Assembly (NCBI GenBank): GCA_947176755.1
Contig: CAMWRW010000002.1
Coordinates: forward strand, 3,773 to 67,772
From: an uncultured Porphyromonadaceae bacterium
GTDB lineage: Bacteria > Bacteroidota > Bacteroidia > Bacteroidales > Muribaculaceae
DNA length: 64,000 nucleotides
Direction of reading: 5' to 3'
Positions 18,711-29,123 of this stretch are shown here, piece by piece (the stretch's first letter is position 1; the number at the start of each line of letters is the position of its first letter). A model generated the notes under the pieces. It did no database searches. It saw only the letters and a program-made list of their open reading frames with translations, and had not been told where the DNA came from. A program made the translations under genes and the position numbers.

Positions 18711-20489
18711 ATGTCTATCGAAGAGATTATTTCCCGGGGAGTGGCTGATGCGGTCAAGACCCTTTATGGTGTGGAAATCGATGCCGCCACTGTCTCTCCC
18801 TCAGCTACAAAAAAAGAATTTGTAGGCGACCTGACAGTTGTTGTCTTTCCCTGGCTCAAGGCCTCCCGGAAGGCACCTGAAGCCACAGCCAACGAAATTG
18901 GCGGATGGCTCAAGGAAAATGTCCCGGCTGTGGCCGACTTCAATGTCGTCAAAGGATTCCTTAACATTTCAGTTGATCCATCCTTCTGGCTCCGCTTGCT
19001 TCATGAGATCGCCTCCAAAGAGGATTATGGTTTCCGTCTCCCGAATCAGGATTCCCCTCTTGTAATGGTCGAATATTCATCTCCGAACACCAACAAACCC
19101 CTCCACCTCGGCCATGTCCGCAACAATCTCCTCGGATATTCCGTTTCCCAGATTCTTGCCGCTAACGGAAACCGCGTTGTAAAGACCAACATCGTCAACG
19201 ACCGTGGAATTCATATCTGCAAGTCGATGCTCGCATGGAAAAAATGGGGTGACGGTGCAACCCCGGAATCAACGGGTAAAAAGGGCGACCATCTTATAGG
19301 CGATTTCTACGTCGCTTTCGACAAGCATTTCAAAGAGGAAGTGGCTGAAATAATGGCCCGCGAGAATATTTCGGAGGATGAAGCCAAAGAGAAATCCCCT
19401 CTGATGAAAGAAGCTCGCGAGATGCTTCGCCTATGGGAACAAGGCGACCCTGAAGTCCGTCAGTTGTGGGAAATGATGAACTCATGGGTTTATGCCGGAT
19501 TCGACGAGACCTACCGACGTCTCGGCGTGGATTTCGACAAGATATATTATGAATCCGACACATATCTCGAGGGTAAGGATCTTGTTCTGTCCGGTTTGGA
19601 GAAAGGGGAGATGTATAGGAAGGAGGATGGATCCGTATGGGCCGACCTAACGCCTCAGGGCCTCGACCATAAACTTCTTCTGCGTGCCGACGGGACATCC
19701 GTCTACATGACTCAGGATATCGGCACAGCCAAACTCCGCTATCAGGACTATCCGATTGATCGTATGATCTATGTTGTAGGAAACGAGCAGAATTATCATT
19801 TCCAAGTGCTTTCCATTCTTCTCGACCGTCTCGGTTTCAAATGGGGTAAGAGTCTGATGCATTTCTCTTACGGCATGGTGGAACTCCCCGAGGGAAAGAT
19901 GAAATCGCGTGAAGGAACCGTGGTGGATGCCGACGATCTTATCGACACCATGATTTCCTCGGCAGCCGAAATGTCGGCCGACAGATTCAAGGATATGGAT
20001 GAAGCTGAGGCAGCTGAAGTGGCCCGGATGGTAGGCCTCGGCGCCCTGAAATATTTCCTCCTGAAAGTCGATCCGAAGAAGAACATGCTCTTCAACCCGA
20101 AGGAGTCGATCGATTTCAACGGCAACACCGGCCCATTCATTCAGTACACCTACGCCCGCATTCGTTCCCTGCTTCGTAAAGCCGAAGGCTTCAATCCTGA
20201 CGCCACGCCCGACTGCGAGCTCAATACGAAGGAATCGACCCTTGTGCGCAAAGTCGCCGACTTCCGTAACGTAGTGGCCGAGGCCGGACGTAACTGCTCT
20301 CCGGCAGTGATCGCCAACTATGCCTATGATCTTGCAAAGGAATACAACCAGTTCTATCACGACTATTCGATTCTCCGCGAAGAGAACCCTGCCGTAAAAG
20401 AGATGCGTTTGCTGCTATCGTTCGTTGTGGCGCGCACTCTCAAATCCGCAATGTCGCTCCTCGGCATCGAAATGCCCGAGAGAATGTGA
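18711..20489 (+). CDS. argS: Arginine--tRNA ligase
   Basis: 592 aa. SSPNTNKPLHLGHVRN is the class I HIGH region, in the ArgRS layout with a C-terminal anticodon-binding domain. Confidence 0.95.
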   Translation: MSIEEIISRGVADAVKTLYGVEIDAATVSPSATKKEFVGDLTVVVFPWLKASRKAPEATANEIGGWLKENVPAVADFNVVKGFLNISVDPSFWLRLLHEIASKEDYGFRLPNQDSPLVMVEYSSPNTNKPLHLGHVRNNLLGYSVSQILAANGNRVVKTNIVNDRGIHICKSMLAWKKWGDGATPESTGKKGDHLIGDFYVAFDKHFKEEVAEIMARENISEDEAKEKSPLMKEAREMLRLWEQGDPEVRQLWEMMNSWVYAGFDETYRRLGVDFDKIYYESDTYLEGKDLVLSGLEKGEMYRKEDGSVWADLTPQGLDHKLLLRADGTSVYMTQDIGTAKLRYQDYPIDRMIYVVGNEQNYHFQVLSILLDRLGFKWGKSLMHFSYGMVELPEGKMKSREGTVVDADDLIDTMISSAAEMSADRFKDMDEAEAAEVARMVGLGALKYFLLKVDPKKNMLFNPKESIDFNGNTGPFIQYTYARIRSLLRKAEGFNPDATPDCELNTKESTLVRKVADFRNVVAEAGRNCSPAVIANYAYDLAKEYNQFYHDYSILREENPAVKEMRLLLSFVVARTLKSAMSLLGIEMPERM

Positions 20490-20531
20490 TTCCGGTGCGG
20501 CATCAATTTAATGAACTAATAATTTGAAACT

Positions 20532-21248
20532 ATGGATTATTTCAATCAACAAGCAAATCAATCTTACGGCGACTCTTCAGCCGTCGTGACCCAGACGAAT
20601 GCAGTCATGCGTCGTGTCTACGTCCGCATGACTATCGGACTTCTTGTCTCGGCCTTTGTTGCCCTTGGCGTTGCTTCCTCCAGGGCCGCACTGATGTTTA
20701 TCTTCGGCAACCAGCTCGTGTTCTGGGGAATGGCTATCGCAATGTTTGTGATGGCATGGGTGCTCCCTTCCCGCGCGATGAAAATGTCTTCGGGACTATG
20801 CTTCGGTTTGTTCCTGCTCTTCTCGGCTCTAATGGGAGCATGGATGGCTCCGATATTTCTTGCTTACAAGCTCGGAACCATTGTCTACACATTCTTCATC
20901 ACGGCCGGCACGTTCGGAGCTATGTCCGTTTATGGCTATTTCACAAAATCCGACCTCTCCAGGATGGGTTCGATTCTTGTGATGGCTCTCTTCGGACTCA
21001 TCATTGCCTCCGTTGTCAACATCTTCTGGGCTAACTCTACGCTCGAATGGATTATCTCGATTGCCGGAGTCCTTATCTTCGTCGGCCTCACCGCCTACGA
21101 TACCCAGCAGGTAAAGACCCTGAGCCGGATGAACACGAATCCTGCCGTGGCCGATCGACTTGCCACAATCGGAGCACTCAATCTTTATCTCGATTTCATC
21201 AACCTGTTCCTTTTCCTTCTCCGAATCTTCGGAGGAAACCGCGACTGA
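20532..21248 (+). CDS. Bax inhibitor-1/YccA family membrane protein
   Basis: 238 aa with seven hydrophobic segments and the C-terminal LYLDFINLFLFLLRIFG motif. Confidence 0.85.
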   Translation: MDYFNQQANQSYGDSSAVVTQTNAVMRRVYVRMTIGLLVSAFVALGVASSRAALMFIFGNQLVFWGMAIAMFVMAWVLPSRAMKMSSGLCFGLFLLFSALMGAWMAPIFLAYKLGTIVYTFFITAGTFGAMSVYGYFTKSDLSRMGSILVMALFGLIIASVVNIFWANSTLEWIISIAGVLIFVGLTAYDTQQVKTLSRMNTNPAVADRLATIGALNLYLDFINLFLFLLRIFGGNRD

Positions 21249-21274
21249 TCGTGTCGCCTCAATAATTCTCGAAT

Positions 21275-21538
21275 ATGGAGAGAAAGGATTTTATAGGGTT
21301 GGTGAAAACCGCCGTGGCCGACTATATTGCGGCCGATGAAGCGTTTGATGACGATGCTCGTCTGCAGGTCGACCCCGCCACATTTGAAGTTGCCGTGGTT
21401 GATGGCGAGGATGCTGATGATTCCTCTTCCGAACTCGACTTCTTCCCAATGATGGAACTCGTAGAGATGGATGCCGATGGAAATTGGCATATCGATACGC
21501 AAGCCGTCGAGGCCGTTGCCGACGAGTATTTCAACTGA
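21275..21538 (+). CDS. Small, highly acidic hypothetical protein
   Basis: 87 aa and rich in D/E. It begins 26 nt after the BI-1 gene and is followed by a terminator. I recognised no motif. Confidence 0.55.
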   Translation: MERKDFIGLVKTAVADYIAADEAFDDDARLQVDPATFEVAVVDGEDADDSSSELDFFPMMELVEMDADGNWHIDTQAVEAVADEYFN

Positions 21539-21566
21539 ATCGTGAATTAAAGAAAATCGACAGTAA

Positions 21567-21606
21567 TAAAAAATGGAATGTCCCGAAAAGACATTCCATT
21601 TTTTTA
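21567..21606. terminator. Bidirectional intrinsic terminator between the acidic-protein gene and pnp
   Basis: AAAAAA-ATGGAATGTC...GACATTCCAT-TTTTTTT. The A and T tracts on either side serve the convergent genes. Confidence 0.8.
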
Positions 21607-21624
21607 TCGCTGTATTCTCAGAGA

Positions 21625-23901
21625 TTATCTGCGGGGTCCGCGGTCATTGCGAGGGCCACGATCGTTACGAGGTCCGCGATCGCCTCTTTCTCCACCTTCA
21701 CGGCGGGGACGAGGTCCGCGATCGCCGCGAGGACGGGCTTCACGCTCAACATAGCCCTCAGGTTTGGGAGTAAGAACACGTGTTGACAGACGGTATTTAC
21801 CGGTCTTTTTATCAATTTCAATCAGTTTCACCTGGAGCTTGTCCCCCTCTTTAAGGCCGCTGGCCTCCATATTGTCGAGACGATCCCAGCTGATTTCACT
21901 GATATGGAGAAGTCCGTCGCGGCCGGGCATGAATTCCACGAATGCGCCGAAGTCGAGAATCGAGCGGACAGTTCCCTCGTAGATCTCTCCCTCCTCGGGC
22001 TGAGCCACGATTGCCTTAATCTTGGCCAGAGCTGCGTCGATGCTCTCTTTGTCTTTCGATGCAATTTCCACGCGACCGATGCCGAGCTTTTCGTCCTCAT
22101 CGATGGAAATGGTGGCGCCGGTCTCTTCCTGAATTCCCTGGATAACCTTGCCCTGCGGGCCAATTACGGCGCCGATCATCTCTTTCGGAATTTCGATTGT
22201 GATCAGACGCGGCACATGGGGCTTATAATCCTCGCGTGCTTCCGGAATGGTCTCCTTAATGATATTGAGAATGTGCAGACGTCCTTCGCGCGCCTGATTA
22301 AGTGCCTTTTCAAGCACTTCATAGCTCAGTCCGTCGCATTTGATATCCATCTGCGTGGCCGTGATGCCCTCTGTTGTTCCGGTAACCTTGAAGTCCATAT
22401 CGCCGAGGTGGTCCTCATCGCCGAGGATATCCGACAGGATGGCATACTTCACATTTCCTTCATCAGAGATAAGACCCATCGCAACTCCTGCAACAGGGCG
22501 TTTCATCTTGACTCCGGCGTCGAGCAGCGACAACGTGCCACCGCATACCGTGGCCATTGATGACGAACCGTTTGATTCCAGAATATCTGAAACAATTCGG
22601 CAGGTATAAGGGAAGTTGTCCGGGAACATTCTCTTCAGTGCGCGGTGGGCAAGATTGCCATGTCCGATTTCACGACGGCCTACGCCACGCTGGGGACGAG
22701 CCTCGCCTGTTGAGAAGGGAGGGAAATTGTAATGAAGAAGGAAGCGCTCCTTGCTCTGGTTGAGTACTTCGTCGACGATCTTCTCGTCGAGCGTCGTGCC
22801 GAGCGTGGTCGTCACGAGTGCCTGAGTCTCGCCGCGCGTAAAGATAGCTGCTCCGTGAGGTCCGGGAAGATAGTCGATCTCGCACCAGATAGGACGGATT
22901 TCAGTTGTCTTGCGGCCGTCGAGTCGGATGCCTTCGTCAAGCACGCAACGACGCATCGCCTCTTTTTCCACATCGTGGTAATAGCGCTTCACCATTGCTA
23001 TCCGCTGTTCAGGGCTATAGAGGGCAAGCTGCTCCTCTGTCATCTCCGGCAGGGAATCGATGTATTCCTGGCGGATGGCTGCAAACGACTCGTTGCGCCA
23101 ATGCTTGTCGGCGCTTCCGGCGCGCGCGATGGCGTACGCCTTGTCGTAACATTTCTCGTGGACATCGGCGCGGAGAGCATCGTCGTTAACCTCATGGTTA
23201 TACTCGCGCTTTGTCTCTTTGCCGGCCTCTTTCATAAGCTCCATCTGGGCCACACAATGCTTCTTGATCTCTTCGTGGGCAACCTTGAGGGCTTCCAGAA
23301 GTTCGGCTTCCGATACTTCGTTCATCTCTCCCTCGACCATCATGATGTTATCATAAGTGGCACCTACCATAAGCTCAATGTCAGCTCGCTCGATCTGGTC
23401 GAATGTAGGATTGATTACCCATTCGCCGTCGACACGCGCAATACGCACCTCTGAAATCGGTCCGTTGAAAGGGATGTCGGAGCAGGCGAGAGCGGCTGAG
23501 GCGGCGATGCCCGCCAGTGCGTCCGGAGCCTCATTCTCGCTCGCCGAATAAAGCGTGACGTTTACAAACGTCTCTGCATGATAATTGTCCGGGAACAAGG
23601 GACGCAACACGCGGTCCACAAGTCGCGACGTCAATATCTCATAGTCGTTGGCGCGCCCCTCTCTCTTCAGAAAGCCTCCGGGATAGCGGCCAATCGACGA
23701 ATATTTTTCCTTGTATTCTACTGTCAGGGGCATGAAATCCACCCCCTCGCCGGCCTCCGGGGCCGAACATACGGTCGCAAGCAACATCGTGTCGCCCATG
23801 CGCACCTCTACCGCTCCATCAGCCTGCTTGGCAAGTTTGCCGGTCTCGATCGTTATCTCGCGACCATCGGGCAAGGCTATGGTTTTTTTGATTGGTTTCA
23901 T
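21625..23901 (-). CDS. pnp: Polyribonucleotide nucleotidyltransferase (PNPase) with an Arg/Gly-rich C-terminal tail
   Basis: 758 aa with two RNase PH domains, KH and S1 ([20 protein letters not shown]). A tail follows: [36 protein letters not shown]. Confidence 0.95.
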   Translation of the reverse strand: MKPIKKTIALPDGREITIETGKLAKQADGAVEVRMGDTMLLATVCSAPEAGEGVDFMPLTVEYKEKYSSIGRYPGGFLKREGRANDYEILTSRLVDRVLRPLFPDNYHAETFVNVTLYSASENEAPDALAGIAASAALACSDIPFNGPISEVRIARVDGEWVINPTFDQIERADIELMVGATYDNIMMVEGEMNEVSEAELLEALKVAHEEIKKHCVAQMELMKEAGKETKREYNHEVNDDALRADVHEKCYDKAYAIARAGSADKHWRNESFAAIRQEYIDSLPEMTEEQLALYSPEQRIAMVKRYYHDVEKEAMRRCVLDEGIRLDGRKTTEIRPIWCEIDYLPGPHGAAIFTRGETQALVTTTLGTTLDEKIVDEVLNQSKERFLLHYNFPPFSTGEARPQRGVGRREIGHGNLAHRALKRMFPDNFPYTCRIVSDILESNGSSSMATVCGGTLSLLDAGVKMKRPVAGVAMGLISDEGNVKYAILSDILGDEDHLGDMDFKVTGTTEGITATQMDIKCDGLSYEVLEKALNQAREGRLHILNIIKETIPEAREDYKPHVPRLITIEIPKEMIGAVIGPQGKVIQGIQEETGATISIDEDEKLGIGRVEIASKDKESIDAALAKIKAIVAQPEEGEIYEGTVRSILDFGAFVEFMPGRDGLLHISEISWDRLDNMEASGLKEGDKLQVKLIEIDKKTGKYRLSTRVLTPKPEGYVEREARPRGDRGPRPRREGGERGDRGPRNDRGPRNDRGPRR

Positions 23902-23938
23902 AAAATCGTTATTGTTTTTCTCTTCTGCGAATTTTTTG

Positions 23939-23946
23939 CAAATTTA
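23939..23946 (-). promoter_or_regulatory. -7 box TAAATTTG upstream of pnp
   Basis: The reverse complement of 23939-23946 is TAAATTTG, 37 nt upstream of the pnp ATG. Confidence 0.4.
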
Positions 23947-23991
23947 ATAAAAGTTTCCCACTCCCTCGCGCCTAATTATAATAAAATTGCT

Positions 23992-23999
23992 TAATTTTG
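23992..23999 (+). promoter_or_regulatory. -7 box TAATTTTG upstream of the TlpA-like lipoprotein gene
   Basis: Matches TAnnTTTG, 65 nt upstream of the ATG at 24065. Confidence 0.4.
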
Positions 24000-24064
24000 T
24001 GGTCCCTGAATCCTACTTGTTCTTGTAGTCTTCGAAGGTTGTCCAATAATTTTACATTCACACG

Positions 24065-25165
24065 ATGTCAAATCCCCTTTTCTCCCTTTGGAATGCCGGA
24101 CTGTTTTCGGCCCTTCTTCTCCTGAGTCTCTCTTCATGCAAACAAGACCCGAAGTTTTCGATTTCGGGCGATATTTACGGGGCCGAAGGCCGTTCGGTCG
24201 TGGTCGAAAAATCTGACTTCGCCGGCCATTGGATTCCCGTCGATTCAACACGCGTATCTTCCACCGGATCATTCTCCTTGAAAGTGGCCTCCCCGGGCTC
24301 CCCGGAAATCTACCGGCTTGCGCTCGGCTCCTCTTTTGTCTATTTTCCCGTCGATTCGGTCGAGCATATCGTCCTCTCTTCCTCTGCCGACAAATTCGGA
24401 CGCGAATTTTCCTTGTCAGGTTCGCGGGATGCAGAACGTCTCGCGGATTTTGAAAAGAAGCTCCAGAAACTGAATTTCAATAATCCCGACAGCGTTAAGG
24501 CGTTTAAGCGCAATGTCTATTCGGAGTTTATCCGCGATGGGGAAGGCTCTATTCTGAGTTATTACATCCTGACCAAAACTTCCGGCTCGCAGCCTCTTTA
24601 TAACCCCGCCGATCCGGAGGATGCTCGTTATTATGCCGCCGTCGCCACTCAGTTCCTTCAGTATCGTCCGGGCGATCCCCATGCTGGAATGCTGGAACAA
24701 GTCTCGAAAGAGGCCCTACGGCGCCGGAAGGCTGCCGATGGAAAGCAGAAGGTGATTGAAGCTTCGGAGATCTCAATGATCGACATTGCCCTTGATGATG
24801 AAAAAGGACGGTGTGTGAAGCTATCCGATATTGTCGGCAGGGGCGAGCCTGCAATCCTCCTCTTTTCAATGATGAACGAGCCGGAATCCCCGGCATTCAA
24901 TCGTGCCGTGTCCGACATCCTCAAATCCCGTCCCTCGCTCCGCGTTTATCATGTCTCGTTTGATGAAGATCGATACGCATGGCGCGAAGCGGCCGCAAAT
25001 CTTCCCTGGACCACAGTTATCGACCCTCTCGGAATGCATTCCTCGGCCGCATCCGATTATAACGTGGCCACTCTCCCCGCGATTTTTATCTATGACCGCG
25101 CCGGAAATCTCGTCGACCGTGCCGATGATTTCAACGATCTGTCACGCAAACTCTCTAAAATTTAA
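24065..25165 (+). CDS. Lipoprotein with DUF4369-like N-domain and thioredoxin-fold (TlpA-like) C-domain that lacks the CxxC motif
   Basis: 366 aa with lipobox LSLSSC. The C-terminal region is laid out like TlpA/AhpC-TSA proteins, but the expected WCxxC position reads SMMNEPES. Confidence 0.6.
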   Translation: MSNPLFSLWNAGLFSALLLLSLSSCKQDPKFSISGDIYGAEGRSVVVEKSDFAGHWIPVDSTRVSSTGSFSLKVASPGSPEIYRLALGSSFVYFPVDSVEHIVLSSSADKFGREFSLSGSRDAERLADFEKKLQKLNFNNPDSVKAFKRNVYSEFIRDGEGSILSYYILTKTSGSQPLYNPADPEDARYYAAVATQFLQYRPGDPHAGMLEQVSKEALRRRKAADGKQKVIEASEISMIDIALDDEKGRCVKLSDIVGRGEPAILLFSMMNEPESPAFNRAVSDILKSRPSLRVYHVSFDEDRYAWREAAANLPWTTVIDPLGMHSSAASDYNVATLPAIFIYDRAGNLVDRADDFNDLSRKLSKI

Positions 25166-25167
25166 AA

Positions 25168-25497
25168 ATGGACTGGAAAGATGCTCTCGGATCGCTTCTC
25201 AATGATCCGACCCTCCCGCCCGGGGATGATGTTCCCGATGCAGGTTCTTCAGAAGAGAAACCCGCCACTAATGCAGGTCGTCTGCGTCTCTTCAAGGAAC
25301 GAAAGGGGAGGGGTGGTAAGACTGTCATTATAGTCGAAGGGTTTAGTTGCAACGAAGAGGAGCTCTCCGAACTGGCCGCATGGCTTAAAAAAAAGCTGGG
25401 TGTCGGAGGAAGTGCCCGTAACGGGGAGATTCTCGTGCAGGGCGACTGTGCCGACAAGGTCCGCGCCCTTCTCTCTGAAAAAGGTTTCAGATTCTGA
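25168..25497 (+). CDS. SUI1/YciH family translation initiation factor
   Basis: 109 aa. RKGRGGKTVIIVEGF...LKKKLGVGGSARNGEILVQGD is the SUI1 family pattern. Confidence 0.85.
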   Translation: MDWKDALGSLLNDPTLPPGDDVPDAGSSEEKPATNAGRLRLFKERKGRGGKTVIIVEGFSCNEEELSELAAWLKKKLGVGGSARNGEILVQGDCADKVRALLSEKGFRF

Positions 25498-25524
25498 GAC
25501 CCTCTCTTCGTTTATCTTTTAGAA

Positions 25525-28500
25525 ATGCTCCAGCTGCAACGCGCCTCGGCAGGGTCAGGAAAAACTTTCACCCTCGCAAAAAAATTCATTTGGTTCTTCA
25601 TCACCATCCGTCCTGAAGGAGAGCCGCGACGTCTCCGCGAACCTGCCGAACTCGAAGACTCGCTTTCTCATATTCTCGCCGTGACCTTCACCAACAAGGC
25701 CACTAACGAAATGCAGCTCCGCATCGTTGAGAAACTCTTTGCACTTGGCTATCCCGATGTTGTCATCAAAGATGGTAAGCGCCCGGACTATGAAAAGGAA
25801 TTTTGCAAAGAGCTCGGTGTCCCGCAATCGCGTCTGCAGCAGGTCTGCCGGCGCGCACTCGGAATCCTCCTTCATAATTATTCCGACTTCAACGTCTCCA
25901 CGATCGACTCCTTCTTTCAGCATGTGCTCCGTACATTCGCTTACGAAACGGGAGTCAATGATTCCTATCAGGTGGAGCTTGATACTGACTATCTGACCCG
26001 ACTGGCTGTCAACGCCGTTCTTGAGGAACTTGACACCCGCAATGCCAAACCTTCGACTCTCTTCTGGATCAGGATTCTGATGGATCGGGAAAAAAAAGGA
26101 TGGCAGATTTTCCAGCGTCGGGAGAAAGGAAAAACAAAGGCCGGAGGATCATATTCAGACCTCATTGCGGCCGTGGCCCGACTCGAAAATGAAGATTACA
26201 AATCGGTCAGGAAATTTATCGCTGATTATTTTGCAGCTGATTCCGATTTGGAGGGAGAATTTCTGCGTCTTCAGGAATTATTCGCCTCCCGCCTTCGCGA
26301 ACCGAGAAGGATTCTTCTTGAAAAAGCCGCGGCTTTCCGCGACAGCCTCCCCGAAGAGATCGCCTCCCTTACGGGTCGATCTACGCTTGGCGTTTTCCCC
26401 GCCATCGCGCGTTTCATCCTCGACTCCTCGGAGGATTCCCTTCCCGCCACCACTATTCCGGATCTTGAATCCAAACTTTCCGCTAAAAATTTTATCACTT
26501 TCCGGAAACAGTCTCCCGAGCAGGCGGCCTTTCTTGAGTCCGGCGCGCAGGAATTGTCGCAGCTCTGGCAAGATTGGGAGAATCTTCTCTCCGAGCCCGC
26601 CTATCGGGCATGGAAACTTTACGAAGCCAATATTCCTTATATGGGCCTATTTTCTGTCATTCTTGACCGGAGGGCAGCTATACTTGACGAGAATAATGCT
26701 ATAGAGTTAGGGGAAACCTCCTCCATTCTCAATGAGATGATCGGAGACTCCGACGCCCCTTTCATTTATGAGAGGCTGGGAACATATCTTAATCATTTTC
26801 TGATCGACGAATTCCAGGATACGTCGCGGCTGCAGTGGGCCAATCTGAAACCTCTCCTCGCGGAGAGTATGTCGCGGGAGAACGACAATCTTATCATCGG
26901 CGATGCCAAACAGAGCATCTATCGATTCCGTAATGCCGACCCGTCGCTTATCACGGATGTCGTCCCCGCGCAGTTTGCCGGTCGAGTCAGTATACTCGGG
27001 GATGCCCCCGAACATAATACCAACTGGCGTAGCCGGATTAATGTTATCAGATTCAACAATTCCTTATTCAGCTTTCTTGCCGACTCTCTCGATTCCAAAT
27101 ATTTTGACCTGTCACCCTCAAGGCTGAGTTTTCGCAGGCTTTATTCTAACACGATTCAGCCCCCGGGGAAAAAAGCTGTGGAGGATGGTGTGAGAGGATA
27201 TGTCGAGGCGGTGATTTACGAAAAGAATCCCGAGACACTCACACATCTTGTGGAAAGCATCCCATCCAGGATTCTTTCTATAACCGCACGTGGATATAAG
27301 ATGCGTGACATTGCCGTTTTGGTTGATGATAACAATCAGGCCAAAAGTGTGATTAATGCGATTATAACCCATAATTCCTCCTGCGGGGAAAACTCCTGCA
27401 GAATCCCTTTTGTGAGTGATCAGTCGTTGCTTGTCAAATCATCAAAGGCGGTCGCTGTTGTGGTTGCCTGTCTGGCGAGTGTGGCGCGTGGCGCGAAACC
27501 CTCTCTTCCCGATGAAGATGAAGAAAAGGTAAGATCGGTCAACTGGTCAGATCTTGAAAGCAACCTCCGTTATTATATGTTTGATTCTCCCGACCTGCCG
27601 ACAGAGGAACTCGTCCGGACATTCCTTTCAATGGGAACCGACTTCGATGCCCTTCGGGACATGCTCTCGCGGATGGAGTCTGTTGCCCTCCCGGCTCTGG
27701 TCGAGGCTATCGTCTCAAGATTCGTTGACCCGGTTCTTAGGAGAAACGACGCCATTTATCTCGCGGCCTTTCAGGATCTCGTGCTCGAATATTGCGAAGC
27801 GCATCCCACCGATATCTCCTCTTTCCTCGATTGGTGGGAACGCAAATCGCTCAAAGCCTCGATTTCTTCTCCGGAAGATACGGATGCTGTCCGAGTGATG
27901 ACCATCCATAAATCCAAAGGGCTGGAGTTTACATGCGTGATCATTCCCTTTGCAAACTGGGAACTTCACGACACTCTTTCTTCGCGTGGACGGGAATGGC
28001 GCTGGGTTCGACCCATGCTTCCGGAAGGTTTGGCCGACGGCCTTCCTCCTTACCTCCCGGTGGAGGTCTCGGAGAAGATGACCGGGACGGCTCATGAATC
28101 GGAGCTTCATCGCTATTATGACCAATATAAACTTGACAATGTCAACCGTGCTTATGTCGGGTTCACTCGTGCTTGCGAAGAACTCTATGTGTTTGCCCCA
28201 TATCCGAAGGCTCCTAAGAAAGCAGATCCCTCCCGCATGGAGTCTTTCACGATTGGTTCGCTTCTCGAACGATTTGCTTCCCGCATCGAGACAATCACTC
28301 CCGATCCGGAAGGATATCTGGTCGATGGCGCTGATGTGTCTGTAGACTCCCGGCCGGATGATAAGTCAATAATTCTACGCATAGGGGAGCAGGCCGCCGG
28401 GCCGGAATCTCGCATCTCAGAGAGGGAAAAAACTGCAGACAAGTCTGCAGCCGAGGATAAGCGTGAAGTTGCGGTCTTATGCGACGACTATCCGATTTAT

Positions 28501-29004
28501 CCGGCCCCCGAAAAACTTTGTTACCGTCTGGAAGCGCTTCCTGATGTTTCGGAAGAAAAGGATTCCGACCCTCGGTCGGAAGGCAACCTCCGGCACGCCG
28601 CTCTTGAAAATGTCGTTACGATGGCCGATATTCCGCGTGCCGTGCGAAAATTGAAGATCGCCGGACTTCTCCCCGCTTCGAGAGTGGAGGAACTTATCGA
28701 ATCATTAACGGAAAGCCTTATGAATCCCGATGTGAAACGTTGGTTCGACGGATCAGGACGTGTACTTGCCGAACGCAACATTCTCCACGGAGATTATAAG
28801 ATGAGACGACCCGACAGAATCGTGATCTACGACGGAGATCAAGTGGAAGTGATCGACTATAAATTCGGCCACCACAAGCCTGAAGTCTATTCCCGGCAAG
28901 TGAAACGTTACGTTGATCTGCTCAAGGATACGGGGCTTTTCCGAAGTGTCAGGGGGTATTTATGGTATGTAACTCTCGGCGAAGTCTCATTTGTGGCAGA
29001 CTGA
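25525..29004 (+). CDS. UvrD-family helicase fused to a PD-(D/E)XK nuclease (AddA/RecB-like)
   Basis: 1159 aa. Walker A SAGSGKTF, LIDEFQDTS (motif II), TIHKSKGLEF (motif VI) and a C-terminal RPDRIV...VEVIDYKFG nuclease motif. Confidence 0.85.
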   Translation: MLQLQRASAGSGKTFTLAKKFIWFFITIRPEGEPRRLREPAELEDSLSHILAVTFTNKATNEMQLRIVEKLFALGYPDVVIKDGKRPDYEKEFCKELGVPQSRLQQVCRRALGILLHNYSDFNVSTIDSFFQHVLRTFAYETGVNDSYQVELDTDYLTRLAVNAVLEELDTRNAKPSTLFWIRILMDREKKGWQIFQRREKGKTKAGGSYSDLIAAVARLENEDYKSVRKFIADYFAADSDLEGEFLRLQELFASRLREPRRILLEKAAAFRDSLPEEIASLTGRSTLGVFPAIARFILDSSEDSLPATTIPDLESKLSAKNFITFRKQSPEQAAFLESGAQELSQLWQDWENLLSEPAYRAWKLYEANIPYMGLFSVILDRRAAILDENNAIELGETSSILNEMIGDSDAPFIYERLGTYLNHFLIDEFQDTSRLQWANLKPLLAESMSRENDNLIIGDAKQSIYRFRNADPSLITDVVPAQFAGRVSILGDAPEHNTNWRSRINVIRFNNSLFSFLADSLDSKYFDLSPSRLSFRRLYSNTIQPPGKKAVEDGVRGYVEAVIYEKNPETLTHLVESIPSRILSITARGYKMRDIAVLVDDNNQAKSVINAIITHNSSCGENSCRIPFVSDQSLLVKSSKAVAVVVACLASVARGAKPSLPDEDEEKVRSVNWSDLESNLRYYMFDSPDLPTEELVRTFLSMGTDFDALRDMLSRMESVALPALVEAIVSRFVDPVLRRNDAIYLAAFQDLVLEYCEAHPTDISSFLDWWERKSLKASISSPEDTDAVRVMTIHKSKGLEFTCVIIPFANWELHDTLSSRGREWRWVRPMLPEGLADGLPPYLPVEVSEKMTGTAHESELHRYYDQYKLDNVNRAYVGFTRACEELYVFAPYPKAPKKADPSRMESFTIGSLLERFASRIETITPDPEGYLVDGADVSVDSRPDDKSIILRIGEQAAGPESRISEREKTADKSAAEDKREVAVLCDDYPIYPAPEKLCYRLEALPDVSEEKDSDPRSEGNLRHAALENVVTMADIPRAVRKLKIAGLLPASRVEELIESLTESLMNPDVKRWFDGSGRVLAERNILHGDYKMRRPDRIVIYDGDQVEVIDYKFGHHKPEVYSRQVKRYVDLLKDTGLFRSVRGYLWYVTLGEVSFVAD

Positions 29005-29115
29005 TTTTGTGACAGACTGTCCGGTTTTGTTCATAATCTGAATATGAGAACGGTAACAATATCTTTTTTTAATGAAAAAGTTGTTATAATTTTTTCGTAA
29101 TTCACTGGAAAATTC

Positions 29116-29123
29116 TATATTTG
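29116..29123 (+). promoter_or_regulatory. -7 box TATATTTG for T9SS cargo paralog A
   Basis: Matches TAnnTTTG, 132 nt upstream of the ATG at 29256. Paralog B has the equivalent box at 31531-31538. Confidence 0.5.
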
